From Octopus sinensis (Eukaryota): a stretch of DNA of 64,000 nt. The notes below the pieces were generated by a model that was not told the DNA's origin, made no database searches, and saw nothing but the letters and a program-made list of their open reading frames with translations. Positions 40,378-54,227 of this stretch are shown here, piece by piece. The position numbers and the translations under genes are program-made. The stretch spans positions 132,432,001 through 132,496,000 of the forward strand of contig NC_042997.1 of assembly GCF_006345805.1 (NCBI RefSeq), in the 5' to 3' direction. How positions within the stretch are numbered: the first letter of the stretch is position 1; each line of letters opens with the position of its first letter.

Positions 40378-41138
40378 AATTGTAACAGTACTCTGGGACA
40401 TGCCAATCAACACCGATAAATAAATCAAGGTAAACAGGCCGGACATTATCATCAAAGATAGGAGGAATAAGAAATGCTTACTGATAAATGTGACAGTAGC
40501 ATCAAAGAGAAATTAAAGAAATTGAGAAGTTATTTAATTACAAAGACCTAGAAATAGAATGACCAGATGTGGTGAATGAAAAACAGCACAGTCCCAGTGG
40601 TGATTGGAGCGTTAGGGCTAATTAAAAAGGGCCTTGATAAGCAGCTCAACAAACTTCCTTGCAGTGTTAACGTGGGAGAACTTCAGAAAATAGTGTTGCT
40701 AGGTTCCGCACATATTTTACGCTGTGTACTCTCCAAGATTAGTAAATATAAAGACCTGCTAATAGAAACTGAAAAAATGTGGCATCTCAAGACGACTACA
40801 GTACTAGTGATTGTAGGATCTCTAAGAATGATTAAAAAAAGGTACTGGAACCTATTTGAAAATGATTCCAGACTTACCATCCCTACAGGAAGTGCAAAAA
40901 ATCGTATTAACTGGAACAGCTCATGTACTGAGAGGAGCACTATCGCTGTGAAAATAACATCCATCCATGAATTTATTTATTTATTAATTTTTAAATACGT
41001 ATTTTATCTTTGAATTTGCGCGTGTTATATGGGAATGCATACAATGCCCTTCTCTGCCCTAGGTGTATGGAAAACACTCGGCGAGAAACGGAAGAAAATT
41101 TGAAGAAAGAAGGAAAAACATAACAATAATAATAATAA
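40378..41138 (+). mobile_element. R4/Dong-like non-LTR 3' ends (restriction-like endonuclease), two tandem remnants with (TAA)n tail
   Basis: LWDMPINTD..NRPDIII, then KYKDL..W..VPVVIGALG..LQKIVLLGSAHILR, with KYKDL..W..VIVGSL repeated from 40747; (taa)n at about 41119-41138. Confidence 0.8.
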
Positions 41139-41886
41139 TCTATATATTAGGGCATATATATGCGTGGCACCTTGGGCAAGTGTCTTCTGCTATAGCCCCG
41201 GGCCGACCAATGCCTTGTGAGTGGATTTGGTAGACGGAAACTGAAAGAAGCCTGTCGTATATATGTATATATATATATGTATGTGTGTGTGTTTGTGTGT
41301 CTGTGTTTGTTCTCCTAGCATTGCTTGACAACCAATGCTGGTGTGTTTACGTCCCTGTCACTTAGCGGTTCGGCAAAAGGAGACCGATAGAATAAGTACT
41401 GGGCTTACAAAGAGAATAAGTCCCGGGGTCGAGTTGCTCGACTAAAGGCGGTGCTCCAGCATGGCCGCAGTCAAATGACTGAAACAAGTAAAAGAGTAAA
41501 GAGTATAAATCTGAAGTTGTCTGTGTATGGCAGGTTTGGTAGCCTTCAACTAACACTATCTCCTCTGAGACCCTGCGGCGCAAGTTGACCAGAATTGAGA
41601 GTATGATAGAAGAAGGCGTGCTCTTCCTTTCGTAGAAGAAAAGATTCAAATCGGACCATGTTAACACCAACAATTATTTGCATCAAAAAAGTGGTTTTTT
41701 CTATGAAAATCCCTATTTTTTTTACGATTTTTTTACTGCTGTGCCGCAATTTTTCAGTGTATTTCAACCAGAAAAATGTTCACTTAAAGAGAATAACAAG
41801 CTACATAATGCAAAATGTTTACTTTTCAAAAATTCCAATTCTAAAGGGTCGAAACAAACCCGAGCAACGCCGGGCGATACTGCTAG
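41139..41886 (+). mobile_element. Non-autonomous Helitron interrupted by a SINE A copy (41161-41502)
   Basis: TCTATATA start; aagttgtctgt shared with the 3770 element; hairpin cccgagcaacgccggg plus CTAG|T. Confidence 0.7.
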
Positions 41887-42534
41887 TAATAATATAAAAT
41901 ACTTTGGCTAGAACACTTTATATTATTTTTTTATATGTTCGATCATAGCTGATCTTGAGTTAAACAATTTGCCCGTACTTTACCGCTTCTACCTTTTTGG
42001 GAATATTTTTTCAAACGCTTCAAATTAACTTTGTAACATAATAACCATCATTGACGTAACAACTATTATTAGCATAATATCCACATGTAATTGCGTTCCA
42101 ATAATAATGATGGTGGTGATGAAGATGAAGATGATAATGACGATGACGACAACAACAACAACAACAAGAACAACAACAGTAATTCGTAATTAAATTCGTA
42201 GTTTGTGTTTTAATACAATTAGTGAATTATCTCTAAATGTTTAATAAATTATTAAGTTTTTAACTATCCAATCGTTGTATATGAAAGATAATTTTACCTG
42301 CTAATAAAGCAACGCAAATAAATATGTTGAATTCGTAAGCATAATTTTAACGGCAACAACAATAATGCATTAACACAAGACCTGAGATTTGGGGGCAGGG
42401 AATTGATTCATTAAGTGGACTCCAGTATTTTACTGGTACTCTATTTTATGGATCCAAGGGAAATGAAAAGTAAAGTCTACTTCGGTGAGATTTGAGATTA
42501 GAAAGTAAAGAGTCATAACTACATATAAAAAATA

Positions 42535-42787
42535 ATAAATGCGCCCTTTTTTAAAACCTAGCCAGGTTCATGGGCCCGGCTTCCCGGTTTCAATGCGTAT
42601 GTGTTCCCCAGCTGGACAGGACGCCAGTTCATCGCAGCGTTACTCATTTTTGCCAGCGGAGTGGACTGGAGCAACGTGAAATGAAGTGTTTGGCTCAAGA
42701 ACACAACGCGTCGCCCGGTCCAGGAATCGAAACCACAATCTTACGATCATGATGCTGACATCCTAACCACTAAGCCACGCGCCTCCA
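42535..42787 (-). mobile_element. SINE family C
   Basis: Close match to 10240-10492. Confidence 0.85.
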
Positions 42788-43859
42788 CCATAACTACACA
42801 TAGCATAGCATTTTGCTCGGCGCTTTCACAGTTCTGCCAATCCATTGTCTTTTAACAATTGCTCCTAATATCAGCAAGAGACTTAAACTTCATGGAGAGG
42901 GTTTAGCTGATTAAATTCAATCCAGTATTTGACTTCCACGCTATTTTTAATCAACTGTTGATGGATGAGAAGCAATCAGACCTTGTTGGAAGGATTTTAG
43001 GTCATCTTTGTTTTTCATACTTTCAGGATCGCTAAAATAAGTACCAACCAAGTACTGAATTCAATACAATCGGCTAACCCCTTCCACTAAATTTGCTTTA
43101 TGCCAAAATTACACGACGCCTTCGGAAAGTGTCTTCCACTATAGCAAAAGGTTGACCGAGACTTTGTAAATGAAAGTAGCTAGAGGGGAAACTGTGTACA
43201 GGTAAACTGTTCTTGCAGTTGGCTTGTAGACTTAAAATGTTACCCGATTTATTTAGTGTAATCCACTCTCTTATAAGTACTTTTGTCTGTTTTCAGATCT
43301 TAGAACAATTTCTTCCCATCCGGCTATCAAAAGTTATATGTACAGACTTCCTCCTAAGAATGAACCGTTAGGAATTAAAGCACGACACTCTAAGGTGTTC
43401 AATAAAAAATATCTATGAATCACCTACATCAAGGTGATCCAAACGTTGTTTATATTGTTGTTGTTGTAGTCATCTAGCTCAAACATGCCTTATCATAAAA
43501 ACCTGTAACCAGAGGCGTTACAACCATGACAGTACAATTTTCAGATATGGTGGATTCATCCATAAAAGATGACCTCCATTATTTTTAAAGAAACGTAGTT
43601 TGTGATTTAAGGGAGTTGGCTGCTACTTCTTGTAGTTTCAGTGAGGTGTGCTTCCTACTGCATAACTGATGAGTGATTATTTTGTTCGCCATATTTATTT
43701 TAGATATCATCATTTATTAATCTTTTTGAGAGAGGTTCATGGATGAAGGCCAATTTCCACTGTTTTGACCCGGCCTCTCTTCCTGAGGACAAACACTTCC
43801 TTTTTGTTTTAAAGGATTTAGAGGATTTTGGATCATCCATTGCAGAACAACTTTCTTAT

Positions 43860-44255
43860 ACTCTTTTACTTGTTTCAGTCATTTAACTGTGGCCATGCTG
43901 GAGCACCGCCTTTAGTCGAGCAAATCGACACCAGGACTTATTATTTGTAAGCCTAGTACTTATTCTATCGGTCTCTTTTTGCCGAACCGCTAAGTTACAG
44001 GGACATAAACACACCAGCATCGGTTGTCAAGCGATGTTGGTCAGACAAACACAGACACACAATCATACACACACATATATATACATATATACGACGGGCT
44101 TCTTTCAGTTTCCGTCTACCAAATCCACTCACAAGGCTTTGGTCGGCCCGAGGCTATAGTAGAAGACACTCGCCCAAGGTGCCACGCAGTGGGACTGAAC
44201 CCGGAACCATGTGGTTTGTAAGCAAGCTACTTACCACACAACCACTCCTGCGCCT
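43860..44255 (-). mobile_element. SINE family A, full length
   Basis: Family sequence. Confidence 0.9.
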
Positions 44256-47060
44256 ACTATATATAACGTTGAAAAATCTTCATTCTACTTCCGTATGTCC
44301 ATAATAATAAGGTAATATTCAATATTTGAGTTCCCCAAATATATAAAGAAATTCCTGGTAAGCCATCTGCAAGACTCAGTTTGCTTTCTTTTGGAGATAT
44401 ATTTCACTTCATCCATGATTTGCTGGAAAAAGACATTAATCTCACAATCTCTCTCTCTGAGAGGTCTGACACGTTCTGCTTGAGCGAATGAAATGATAAA
44501 TTTGCAGTTTATTTGAAGAGATCTTTTGCAAAAATACACACACGCACACGGACACACTCACACTCACACATACACACATGCATGTATAATTAAAAAAAAT
44601 AATGACAATAATTAAAACAAAAAAAAACAATTCTAACAAAAACAACGTAAAACAACGTAAAACAACGTAATGATTTAATCTCGAGATAAACGTCTGCTTC
44701 AATCAATTACCGATTTATTCTTAACGACCACCAATTATTTGTGAAGCAATGTTGTCTATTGTTTACTATCTCAATTTTTTTTCTCCCCATCTCTTTCTCT
44801 TTCCCGCTTTCTCTTTCTCCCTTTCTCTCTTCTTCATCTTCTATTTTTCTTTGTGTGTCTGTGTACGCTCTTTTCTCTCTCTCTCTCTGTTTCTCTTTGT
44901 TTCCATCTGTTTATTATCTCTCTCTTTTTCTGTTCTCTCTCTCTTTTTTCCTTTCTTTTTTTTTCTCTCTCTCTCTCTGTTTTATTTTTTCTCTCTTTCT
45001 CACATGTTCTTCTTGTTTTCTTTTCTCCTTCTCTCTCTCTCCCTTTTTTTTCTCTCTCTCTTGTTTTTCAGTGATGGCTGATCAATGTAATTTCGTGGAG
45101 TTTCCTTGGGCCATTTCCAAGAAAATCAAGGAACAACAATAGAATATGAAAAAAATAGGTTTAAAAAAAAACCCAACATAAAACAAAACACTTATTGCAC
45201 ATTTGTATTAAACCATATTGTTCGGTGCGTTTCGTCATCGTATAGTTCTTCTCTAGTTTTATTAAAGCAGTCATGTAAGAGAACATACCAATGACCGAAG
45301 GTATTTTAGCAATGACGTTACCTTCTTCTTCTGCTTTCCGCTACAGCATATCTACAACTATATTATCCATTGTTTGCTTCTTTCGTTTTCAAAGGCAATA
45401 TATTGTGACATGAGAGAGAGATTTAGCAGCAGCGAGCTGCAGGTCAAATGACCACGGAAGCCCCACTCTCTAAGTTAAAAACTTGCGTACGAAATTACCA
45501 AGGTCATCTCTTTGAGCAACTCATTAATGTTTAGTCACGTCGATGAAGTGTTTAAGGACGCAGTGAAGCAACACTGGGTTTTGCAAGTGACGGAATTCGC
45601 CCAGGAAATCGATGAATTCATTTGAAGGGTTAATAAAGCTCTTCTGGTGGTGTATGCTAGTTTTTCAATTCCAAGAAGAAATGATTTCTACTCGACGGAC
45701 GACTACTCGTAGATATCGGGTGTTCATTAGTTACTTTTAAAATACCGTTCCTAAGGTTATTTGCATTTGCAACGGTATCCTCAGCCAATAATTTGGTTGT
45801 AAAACAATTACAAGGACGTATGCTATTGCAATAAAAAAAATGTCAACCTTAACGTTGTTTTGGGGGATTTCGTGACAAAAGTTACTTTCAGTTTGAACGC
45901 CCACTGATGCAAAGAAAGGTGCGACAGTTAACAAAATATAGTTAATTGTTTTCGTCACTCGTGACACTTTGGGATGGTATTGTATTAATTTTAAATAGCG
46001 AATGTCTCAGTGCGCAGCTGGTTTTGTTCAAAGCTTTTTTTTTGCTTTTTTAACAAAGTATTCCTAGCAGGAAACTTACGCATTGTAAAAAGGCTATTCC
46101 TACTTTCAATAGAAAATTGTAGCTATTCAGAATCAATATAAAACGTGAAGAGTTGGTGCAGTTTTAGGCCCTGCCTACCATTGACACTGAACGTCAAGAC
46201 GATAACCATGCAGAGTGTGTTAACCAGTTGAAGCATTTGTACAATAATAGAATTGACTTAGTGATTTGTTAGAGATGAGAATACAGGTAAGGTGAAGGCA
46301 CTTAGATTAGCGGTTAGGGTGTCGTACACACGATCACAAAATGGTGGTTCGACTTCGGAATAGGGCAGTATATTATGATCTTGAGCATAATACTTTATTT
46401 CACGCTTTCTCAGTCACTCAACTTGTTCTGTTCAGAGAGAGAGTGTTGTAATTTTAATTCTCTCACACTCCATAGTAATCAGGTACCCGGCTCTATGTGT
46501 TGTAGGAGTCGAGACAGTAATTCTTATGTTCAGATGTATCAGATTGGGGCAAATATAATTTATTGCCACCAGAAAATCTCATTCAGTTACAGAGTAGAAG
46601 AATAGCTCAAACTAAATTCAAACTTTAAACATAATTTGCCGGAAAGTTGTACACTTTTCACGTTTTTTGAAGAAAGTAAAGTTACTCATCTCACTTCTTA
46701 TCTTGTTCAGTTCAAGCTCTACCATGACCAAATTCACTTCTGCCAGACTCATTTTTATAACAGGTACCTAGCACCATGTAACCCAGTAGTTTGCCTTGTC
46801 GGGCGGGTAGATGGCAACTAAAAAGGTCACCCCTGCAAAATTTACTGGGTATGAAGAGCGTGTGGACACACAGCATACTAAAAATAAAACTCGTCAAAGG
46901 GAAAAACTTCACAGAGACACCCATTCAAAAGTAATATCCGAGAGCGGCCTTAGATGTACAGCATGTGTTTCGGTAGGTAAATAATTTCGTGGTGATCATC
47001 TCTGTGAAGTTTATATATATATATAATATATATATATATATTATAATTTTTATATTTCGT

Positions 47061-47105
<45 letters not shown>

Positions 47106-47231
47106 AACTCATCTATGTTATCGCTCGAAAATTGGCCGTTATTTCTAAAGGGCCAATCAAACAAGTCCATTTTTTTAAAGGTGTAGCGTTTGCAATAGTC
47201 TGAATAGAATTCACATATCGGTTCCATTCTA

Positions 47232-47278
47232 AAAACTGTCCGACGAACGGAAACGGGAAACTCAGAGTAACAGGTTTT
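47232..47278 (+). ncRNA. Minimal hammerhead ribozyme with CCGACGA core (U4C), inside the (TA)n-flanked 47104-47308 element
   Basis: aaaactgt|ccgacga|a cg-gaaa-cg g|gaaa|ctc-a-gag|ta|acaggtttt. Confidence 0.68.
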
Positions 47279-47313
47279 GTTGAATTTTCTGGTGCTTTAA
47301 ATAAAGTATATAT

Positions 47314-47720
47314 ATAAGTTCAGCAAAATTTAGAATCAAATGAATATGGTACTTAAGTTAGATGCACCAGAATTTTGTATGGTGTTATCCATATAAATTC
47401 ATGGGGTGATTATAATCAAAATAAGCAACAAGAATATCTTCGGTAAGTTCAAAATAACTTAAAGAATATTCTTCAGTCAGAAGATAAATTCTACTACCTT
47501 AATGTTCTTAAAATTCAAATCGACATCTCTGTCTATATATCTACCCTCTCTATAATATTATCAATTAATATGAAAATATTTATTAATGGAAGACCTCTAT
47601 GAATGGCTGATGATTGCTCAACATTTTAAAACTGCTGTAATACTTACAATGTTTAATAAAATGATGTAGGCTGAAGCGATCGTACCAAATTACCGAAGAT
47701 ATTCTTGTTGCTTATTTTGA
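47314..47720. mobile_element. Family D element with 31-bp inverted repeat
   Basis: 47416-47446 is the reverse complement of 47690-47720; TA-flanked. Confidence 0.75.
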
Positions 47721-47740
47721 GTATATATATATATATATAT

Positions 47741-47774
<34 letters not shown>

Positions 47775-47780
47775 GTGTAG

Positions 47781-47811
<31 letters not shown>

Positions 47812-47816
47812 GTGTA

Positions 47817-47860
<44 letters not shown>

Positions 47861-48509
47861 ATAAATGTGTCCTTATCCAGGTGACTAACCATCAAAAGTT
47901 AGCAATCACCTTGATATTGTAAGGAGAGGTGAGTTTTGCCATTAATATTACTATCCACCTACTGAAGAAAAGAAAAGAGAGAAAAAAACGAAAAACTGAA
48001 AACACAAGGCATCGGAGAGTTGATACATATTCTGCGTGCAGATAAATTTTTTCGCAAATTAACGTGTGGCTTACAATGCGTTGCTTATTCATGCTTTTTA
48101 ATTGAACTGAATTCAGCTTTGAAAGTATTTGACTAAAAGAGGATTAGAAGCCTAATTTTTTCGCTATACCTGCCATTCAGGCTGTATGCTGCTTATTGTT
48201 ATCCAGATCAATACTTCTGATTAGATGATAGTTAAAAGTAGACTTAATTGATATCTTCGCCAAACACATATGAGTAAAATTTGCATATGACTAAATTTGT
48301 GATTATTCAAATAATAACCATAAACCAAATGAAATACTTAAAAAAGATTGCATAGAATGTGAGAAGTGTTTTTTCAACGTCTTTCAGTGATAGCAGGCGA
48401 ATCAAACGTTCGTTCAAGGATATAAATAATATGACCGCTTGCTTATCGGGAAATTTGTGAGTTCGATTAAAAACAAAATTATTAATTTTTTTTTAAAGTA
48501 TTACCATTA

Positions 48510-48891
48510 TTGGAAGCACTCCGTCGGTTACGACGACGAGGATTCCGGTTTATCCGAATCAACGGAACAGCCTGCTCGTGAAATTAACGTGTAAGTGGTT
48601 GAGCACTCCACAGACACGTGTACCCTTAACGTAGTTCTCGGGGATATTCAGCGTGATACAGAGTGACAAGGCCGGCCCTTTGAAATACAGGTACAACAGA
48701 AACAGGAAGTAAGAGTGAGAGAAAGTTGTGGTGAAAGAGTACAGCAGGGATCACCACCATCCCCTGCTGGAGCCTCGTGGAGCTTTAGGTGTTTTCGCTC
48801 AATAAACACTCACAACGCCCGGTCTGGGAATCGAAACCGCGATCCTATGATCGCGAGTCCGCTGCCCTAACCACTGGGCCATTGCGCCTCC
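48510..48891 (-). mobile_element. SINE family C variant, full length
   Basis: Minus head ggaggcgcaatggcccagtggttaggg...gtttcgattccc. Confidence 0.85.
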
Positions 48892-49251
48892 ACAATTACC
48901 ATTATAGACATTTATACTCCGGTGAAATTAAGAATTCAACTCAAATAAACGAAATCCTCGAATCCATCACTGTATACACACACATGCACTCACACAGTCG
49001 CATATCTATGCATGTATTTATATATGTATGTGTGTATGTATATTGGTATGTATGTATGTACCCACACATTTCTATGTGTATAGGTACACTATGATCTATA
49101 CACACGCAGACGTGGATCGAATCAATATATATATATATATATATTTATGTGTGTGTGTGTTTTAATTATTGTCATTATTTTTTAAATAATAAATGCATGA
49201 CTGTATGTGTGTGTGTGTATGTGTGTACACATGCAAGAGTTAAGTAATGAA

Positions 49252-49562
49252 ATAGATAAGATCCGGGTTACATATGTTTCACAGCGAGCGGAACGTTTGA
49301 AGTGGTAAATATCCAAGCGAGGTGTTTACCGTAGGCTACTCTTTAGGCCAAGGATATCTTGATTAAATGAAAGTTTAGATTGTCGAAGGAAGTAACCGTT
49401 AACACATGGAAGATTCAGTCATGACTCTTTCATTTTATTTTTCATTCAATCAAGAAATTGTTGGTCTAAAGAATAGCTTGGAGTATACACCACGCTTGAA
49501 TATTTATCACTTTCGAGGTTCTGCTCGCTATGAAGCATATATAGCCCGGATCTTATCTGTTC
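49252..49562. repeat. Diverged foldback/MITE with about 125-bp arms
   Basis: agataagatccggg..agcgagc / gctcgct..cccggatcttatct. Confidence 0.8.
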
Positions 49563-49774
49563 AGTTCGATATTCTTATTCGCATACCCGGCAACCCTGGT
49601 TGCCCACCGTGAAATATAAAAAGACCTTTTTTTCAATTTATTGTACTTCGATAAGAAAAACATCCACAACCTTCCGTCTCAATAAACCAATATTGTCCCT
49701 GAAAGTTGTTTTTTTTATATTTATTGCAGTTTGCTTGAAACTAACTTTCTCCCTACTCCTTGATCGATGGATCA

Positions 49775-49822
<48 letters not shown>

Positions 49823-49899
49823 GTACTGTTCCATGATGGTCAGATCAACAAGAAAAGGGCTCCATTTGGTGAGAGATAAATAGTATTTAATTGACATAA

Positions 49900-50202
49900 T
49901 ACATGTTTTTATGTGCTAGTAATAGGTCCTTGTGCTGAGAACATGCCAAAACGATGCATACCTTGTGTGCATATAAATTCATTTGCAAAACATCTGCACA
50001 CTCAAAACATTTTGATTTACCCGTCAGCTAGTTTTGAAGATAACGAAACCAAATTTTCATCATTTGGAGCCACTCATTCAAAGAGTATTTCTGCCAAATT
50101 TGGTGAAAATTCGTTCAGCCGTTTTCCAGTAATTTTGCACACAGATAAACAGACAAAGACGAGTGATGCATTACCCTGCTTTCGCTTATGCTCGCAGGGT
50201 AA
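49900..50202 (+). mobile_element. Possible Helentron-associated (HINE/DINE-like) remnant
   Basis: ccaaatttggtgaaaat..cagataaacagacaaa, then terminal palindrome ttaccctgc/gcagggtaa. Confidence 0.45.
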
Positions 50203-51354
50203 AAATAAACAAAGTAATATGCAAATTTGCATCGGTTATGAAGCCCATGATAGATCATGGCCCAGCCATAGGAACGTTTTTAAGAAATATATTTTGGTGG
50301 AGATGATGGGTATGTAAAGTACACATTGAAATTAATTTGTGGTAACCTTTGTAACCCGGAATCCTATTGCTGATACTTGCAGCTGAATCTGCATAGAGAT
50401 GGCTTTTTTTTAGTTTGCTACAAATACTTTGATTCTGAATAATTCGACCATGGTTAATAAACATTACAAATACAAAATAATTTCTTTTCCACTTAATAGT
50501 CTTAGAGGGTTTTAAAAAAAGCTATGAGAAGAAATGGATTCAGAATTATTGATCTGGACAAGCCATAGGCAACATGCAGCCTGAATGGCAGGTCCAGCGA
50601 AAAATTAGCTTAAATTCTTTTTAGTATTGTAACCCTCCTGATGATGAGTCATGTTTAGCATAACCCGCTTTTCGAGAAAGGTTGCCCATGCCTTATCTAG
50701 AGCAGCACACAGCCAATTTTGGATATATTTATTGTATCGATCATACACTCGTATAGATATTACTGACATTTCATTCAATGAATTGTACGATAGACTGAAT
50801 AAAAAGCAAATATAGCAAGGAGACGATTTGAATTCAAGACTTGTGTCATAAAGCACCGTACCCATCCATTAATCGCTAATTCACTGGTTCTAAGATAATT
50901 TATTTTTAAACATTGGCATATGACTATAGATTATGTCATGCTCATAAATCCAATAAAGTGAATTATCTAAAACCAAGAAACGAAGTCGGTTTGTAGATAT
51001 GGTTTGCTAGATGCTTATTCTTATACTTCACCGCTCTATCACACTAAAATTTCAACAATTAATTGATTATTGTAAAAATTTACTGTTTCATTTCTGTACA
51101 ACGCTTCAAAAAGCGCAGCAAATCATCAATGCTATGATCTGGAAATTTCTATTCGCTGTATTTAACCAATTTCATCAACCGCAAACTATATTTCAGATTA
51201 GCAACATTGATATTATGTAATCAAATTAGGTCGGTAGAGCGGAAGGAACGCCATTGTGCCCGTCTTCAGTATCAAAATACGGCTTTTTATCTCCTGAGTT
51301 CAAATCCTACAAACAGTGATTTTGTGTATTCATAAAATAAATACGAGTCACATT

Positions 51355-51675
51355 GAAGATGTTAGAGTATTCGGCTCACTATCGTAACGTCATGAGTTCG
51401 ATTCCCGGTGGCGTGTTGTATTCTTGGGCAAGACATTTTATTTCTCGTTGCTCCAGTCTCTTCAGCTGGCGAAAGTGAGTAGTACCAATATTACAAAGAG
51501 CTATCCATATCACATTCTGAGTCACGCTAAATCTCCCTGAGAACTATGTTAAGGGTGCGCATGTCCGCGTGTCTGTCGGGTGCTCAACTACTTGCACATC
51601 AATTTCACGGGACGGCTGTTCTGTTGATCAGACGAACTGGAATCCTCGTCGTCGTAACAGACAGAGTGCCAGTTA
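51355..51675 (+). mobile_element. SINE family C variant, diverged
   Basis: gagttcgattcc B box and shared body. Confidence 0.65.
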
Positions 51676-52513
51676 ACCAGTCACATGCTGTTTTATTATT
51701 TGCCTACCTTAAAATCTAATTACTAGTTCATGAAAGAAGAGAAGTGAGACCTAGAATCAATTCTGATTTGCAGTATTTATCAACCCACTTCATCTAGTAA
51801 CATATACAGGAAGGGCACAAGTGCTACAGTATCCCATTTTCCCCACCCGAACCTTTTAGAAGTTGAATTTAGTGAAATAATCTGATCTAACTCGGGTACA
51901 TATTGACCTGTGTCGGCTGAGAGTAATGTAGACGAATAATCTATTTCAATATTTAATTGGCATTTATGTAATCGATCCACAGGACAATAAAACGAAACAC
52001 CAACCACAGCATAATTTGAACTCAGAAAGTAGATGCATTTAAATAACGAAACGAATTCTAGGTTCAGTGTTCTAAACTCTACAGTCTTGTTACAAATATC
52101 CCAGCCAGTTCTGGACCGTAGTTTGACAGTGACTTAGTCTTTGTCTCTCTCATCACTCACAGAGGTCCTGAAATTAGCAGTGCCTTTCTTACTCTGATTA
52201 AGTAATTAAAAAGAGAACGTGAAATTACTGGGCCAGATATTCGCTACAGGCATCAACGTATCTTGGAATCGCAGGAATTTGCAAAAACGTTGATGGCTTT
52301 GAAACCTATCCCTACCACTCAGAAAGTGATCTATTTCAGTAGAACAGAGGCACCGATCAACAGAATGGCCGCAGCAATCTACCCTTTTTTGCTTCTTATT
52401 TTCCTTGCATATTGTGTGTGTGTGCGAGCCTTGGGCAACAAGTGTCTTCCACTGCAGCCTCCGGACAACCAAAGCCTCGTAAGTGGATTTGCTAGATGGA
52501 AACTTCGTATATA

Positions 52514-52552
<39 letters not shown>

Positions 52553-53327
52553 AAAATTAAGTTCAAATAAAGCAATTCAAACTTTTTGAGAGATCCAAAA
52601 AGATAGTAAAAATTATTTCTAATAAAGATTCATCATATTCATAAAAACAGCCAGAGCAAGTAATAAGAATGAGAAAATAATAGTTGAAACATTTCGTTAT
52701 AGGTATGAATATACCATAAACAAGCATAAAAGTTGGAGGAAAAAAAGATGTTGAATCAAAATTAGATTTAATACAAAATTGGATTCAATACATACGCACA
52801 TTTCGAAAGACAATACAAATATGTAAGAAAATATTATAATCATAGTAATTATAATTAAATTTATGCATTGTCATTCTCATCAGTGTGAGGAATTTTTGGA
52901 AGAACATAAATAAAGGTTTAATAAAATAAGATATAATAAGGGACAATTCAGATGGGTAATAGGGTAGAATCGGATAGTTACAAACAAGTTGTAAAAGAGA
53001 ATAATAATAATAATAGTGAGAGAGGCGAAAAAGAAAAAGAAAGAAAATCAATGTCGATGCAAGTCAAGTAGTAAAACTATAACATAAAATAAAAATCTAA
53101 CGGAGATGTTTTAAGAAATAGTAGCAGGTCGAGACGAATGTAACAAACAAGCAGATTAAAAGTAAGTAACAATAATATTAAAGTGAAGATCAAATAAATA
53201 GTGAGTGTAATAATGACAAAATGACTCTGCCAAAATGTATCTTTAATGTCTTTTTCTTTCACCCTCCTCGTCTCTGCAAACATTGGTAACACCCGCCATT
53301 TCTAAAGTTTTATGAATATCTAGTAAA

Positions 53328-53427
53328 NNNNNNNNNNNNNNNNNNNNNNNNNNNNNNNNNNNNNNNNNNNNNNNNNNNNNNNNNNNNNNNNNNNNNNNNN
53401 NNNNNNNNNNNNNNNNNNNNNNNNNNN
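53328..53427. other. Assembly gap (100 N)
   Basis: Run of N. Confidence 1.
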
Positions 53428-53617
53428 TGAGATTGCTCTACCTTTTAAATTGATGTAATGTTGCATTGTTCAATTTAATGGAGTCTCATGAAACGATCGT
53501 ACTGCATTTCCTCTGGATATCCTTGTTGCTTATTTTGATTATAATCACCTTATTTTGAATTATATGGATAATACCATACTGAATTCTGGAGCCTTCAACT
53601 TAAGTACCATATTCTTC

Positions 53618-53663
<46 letters not shown>

Positions 53664-54227
53664 CACACTCACATTCTCGTAGGCATTGACATTTCCAAAC
53701 AAAATAGGACTTTCCTACATACAGTGAGTAGTTTCATGGACATTTATTTCTTTATATATTGAAATAGATATTCTCGCCCATACATAGATTTATTTGAAGA
53801 GCGGGCGCTCATATATCTGTGTGTATGTGTGCGAATATATGCGTGTGTTGTATATGTTTATGTGTGCATGTGAAAATAACAGCTTTTCTTTGAAATATGA
53901 ATTATTAAAAGACACTTACGCCCTGTTATAATCTGAAGGTTGTCTACGTTTCCTTCTCAGCGCCTTATCTTCTGGTTTGCACCATTAACTTCCCAAAGTT
54001 CTTCGATGCTTCAAGATCTTCTAATTTTTATCTCTTTTTTTTTATCTTCTTCACCAAATGATTTTTACTGTAGTGAAAATGCTAGGTCAGTCACATTTAT
54101 GGTAAAATTTAGCTCAACCACATGGTAAACCACATTTATGGTCAAAGGCATTCCAACTGCGACCCTCCTGAAAATTGACTAGACACACAGTACTCATGAT
54201 GCTCTTTTTGTGCAGGATGTTGAATAA

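Noticed and set aside
52680-52740. Minus-strand stem plus CGAAAUGU resembling an HHR 3' half
   Set aside because: No recognisable core or stem I; too degenerate to call
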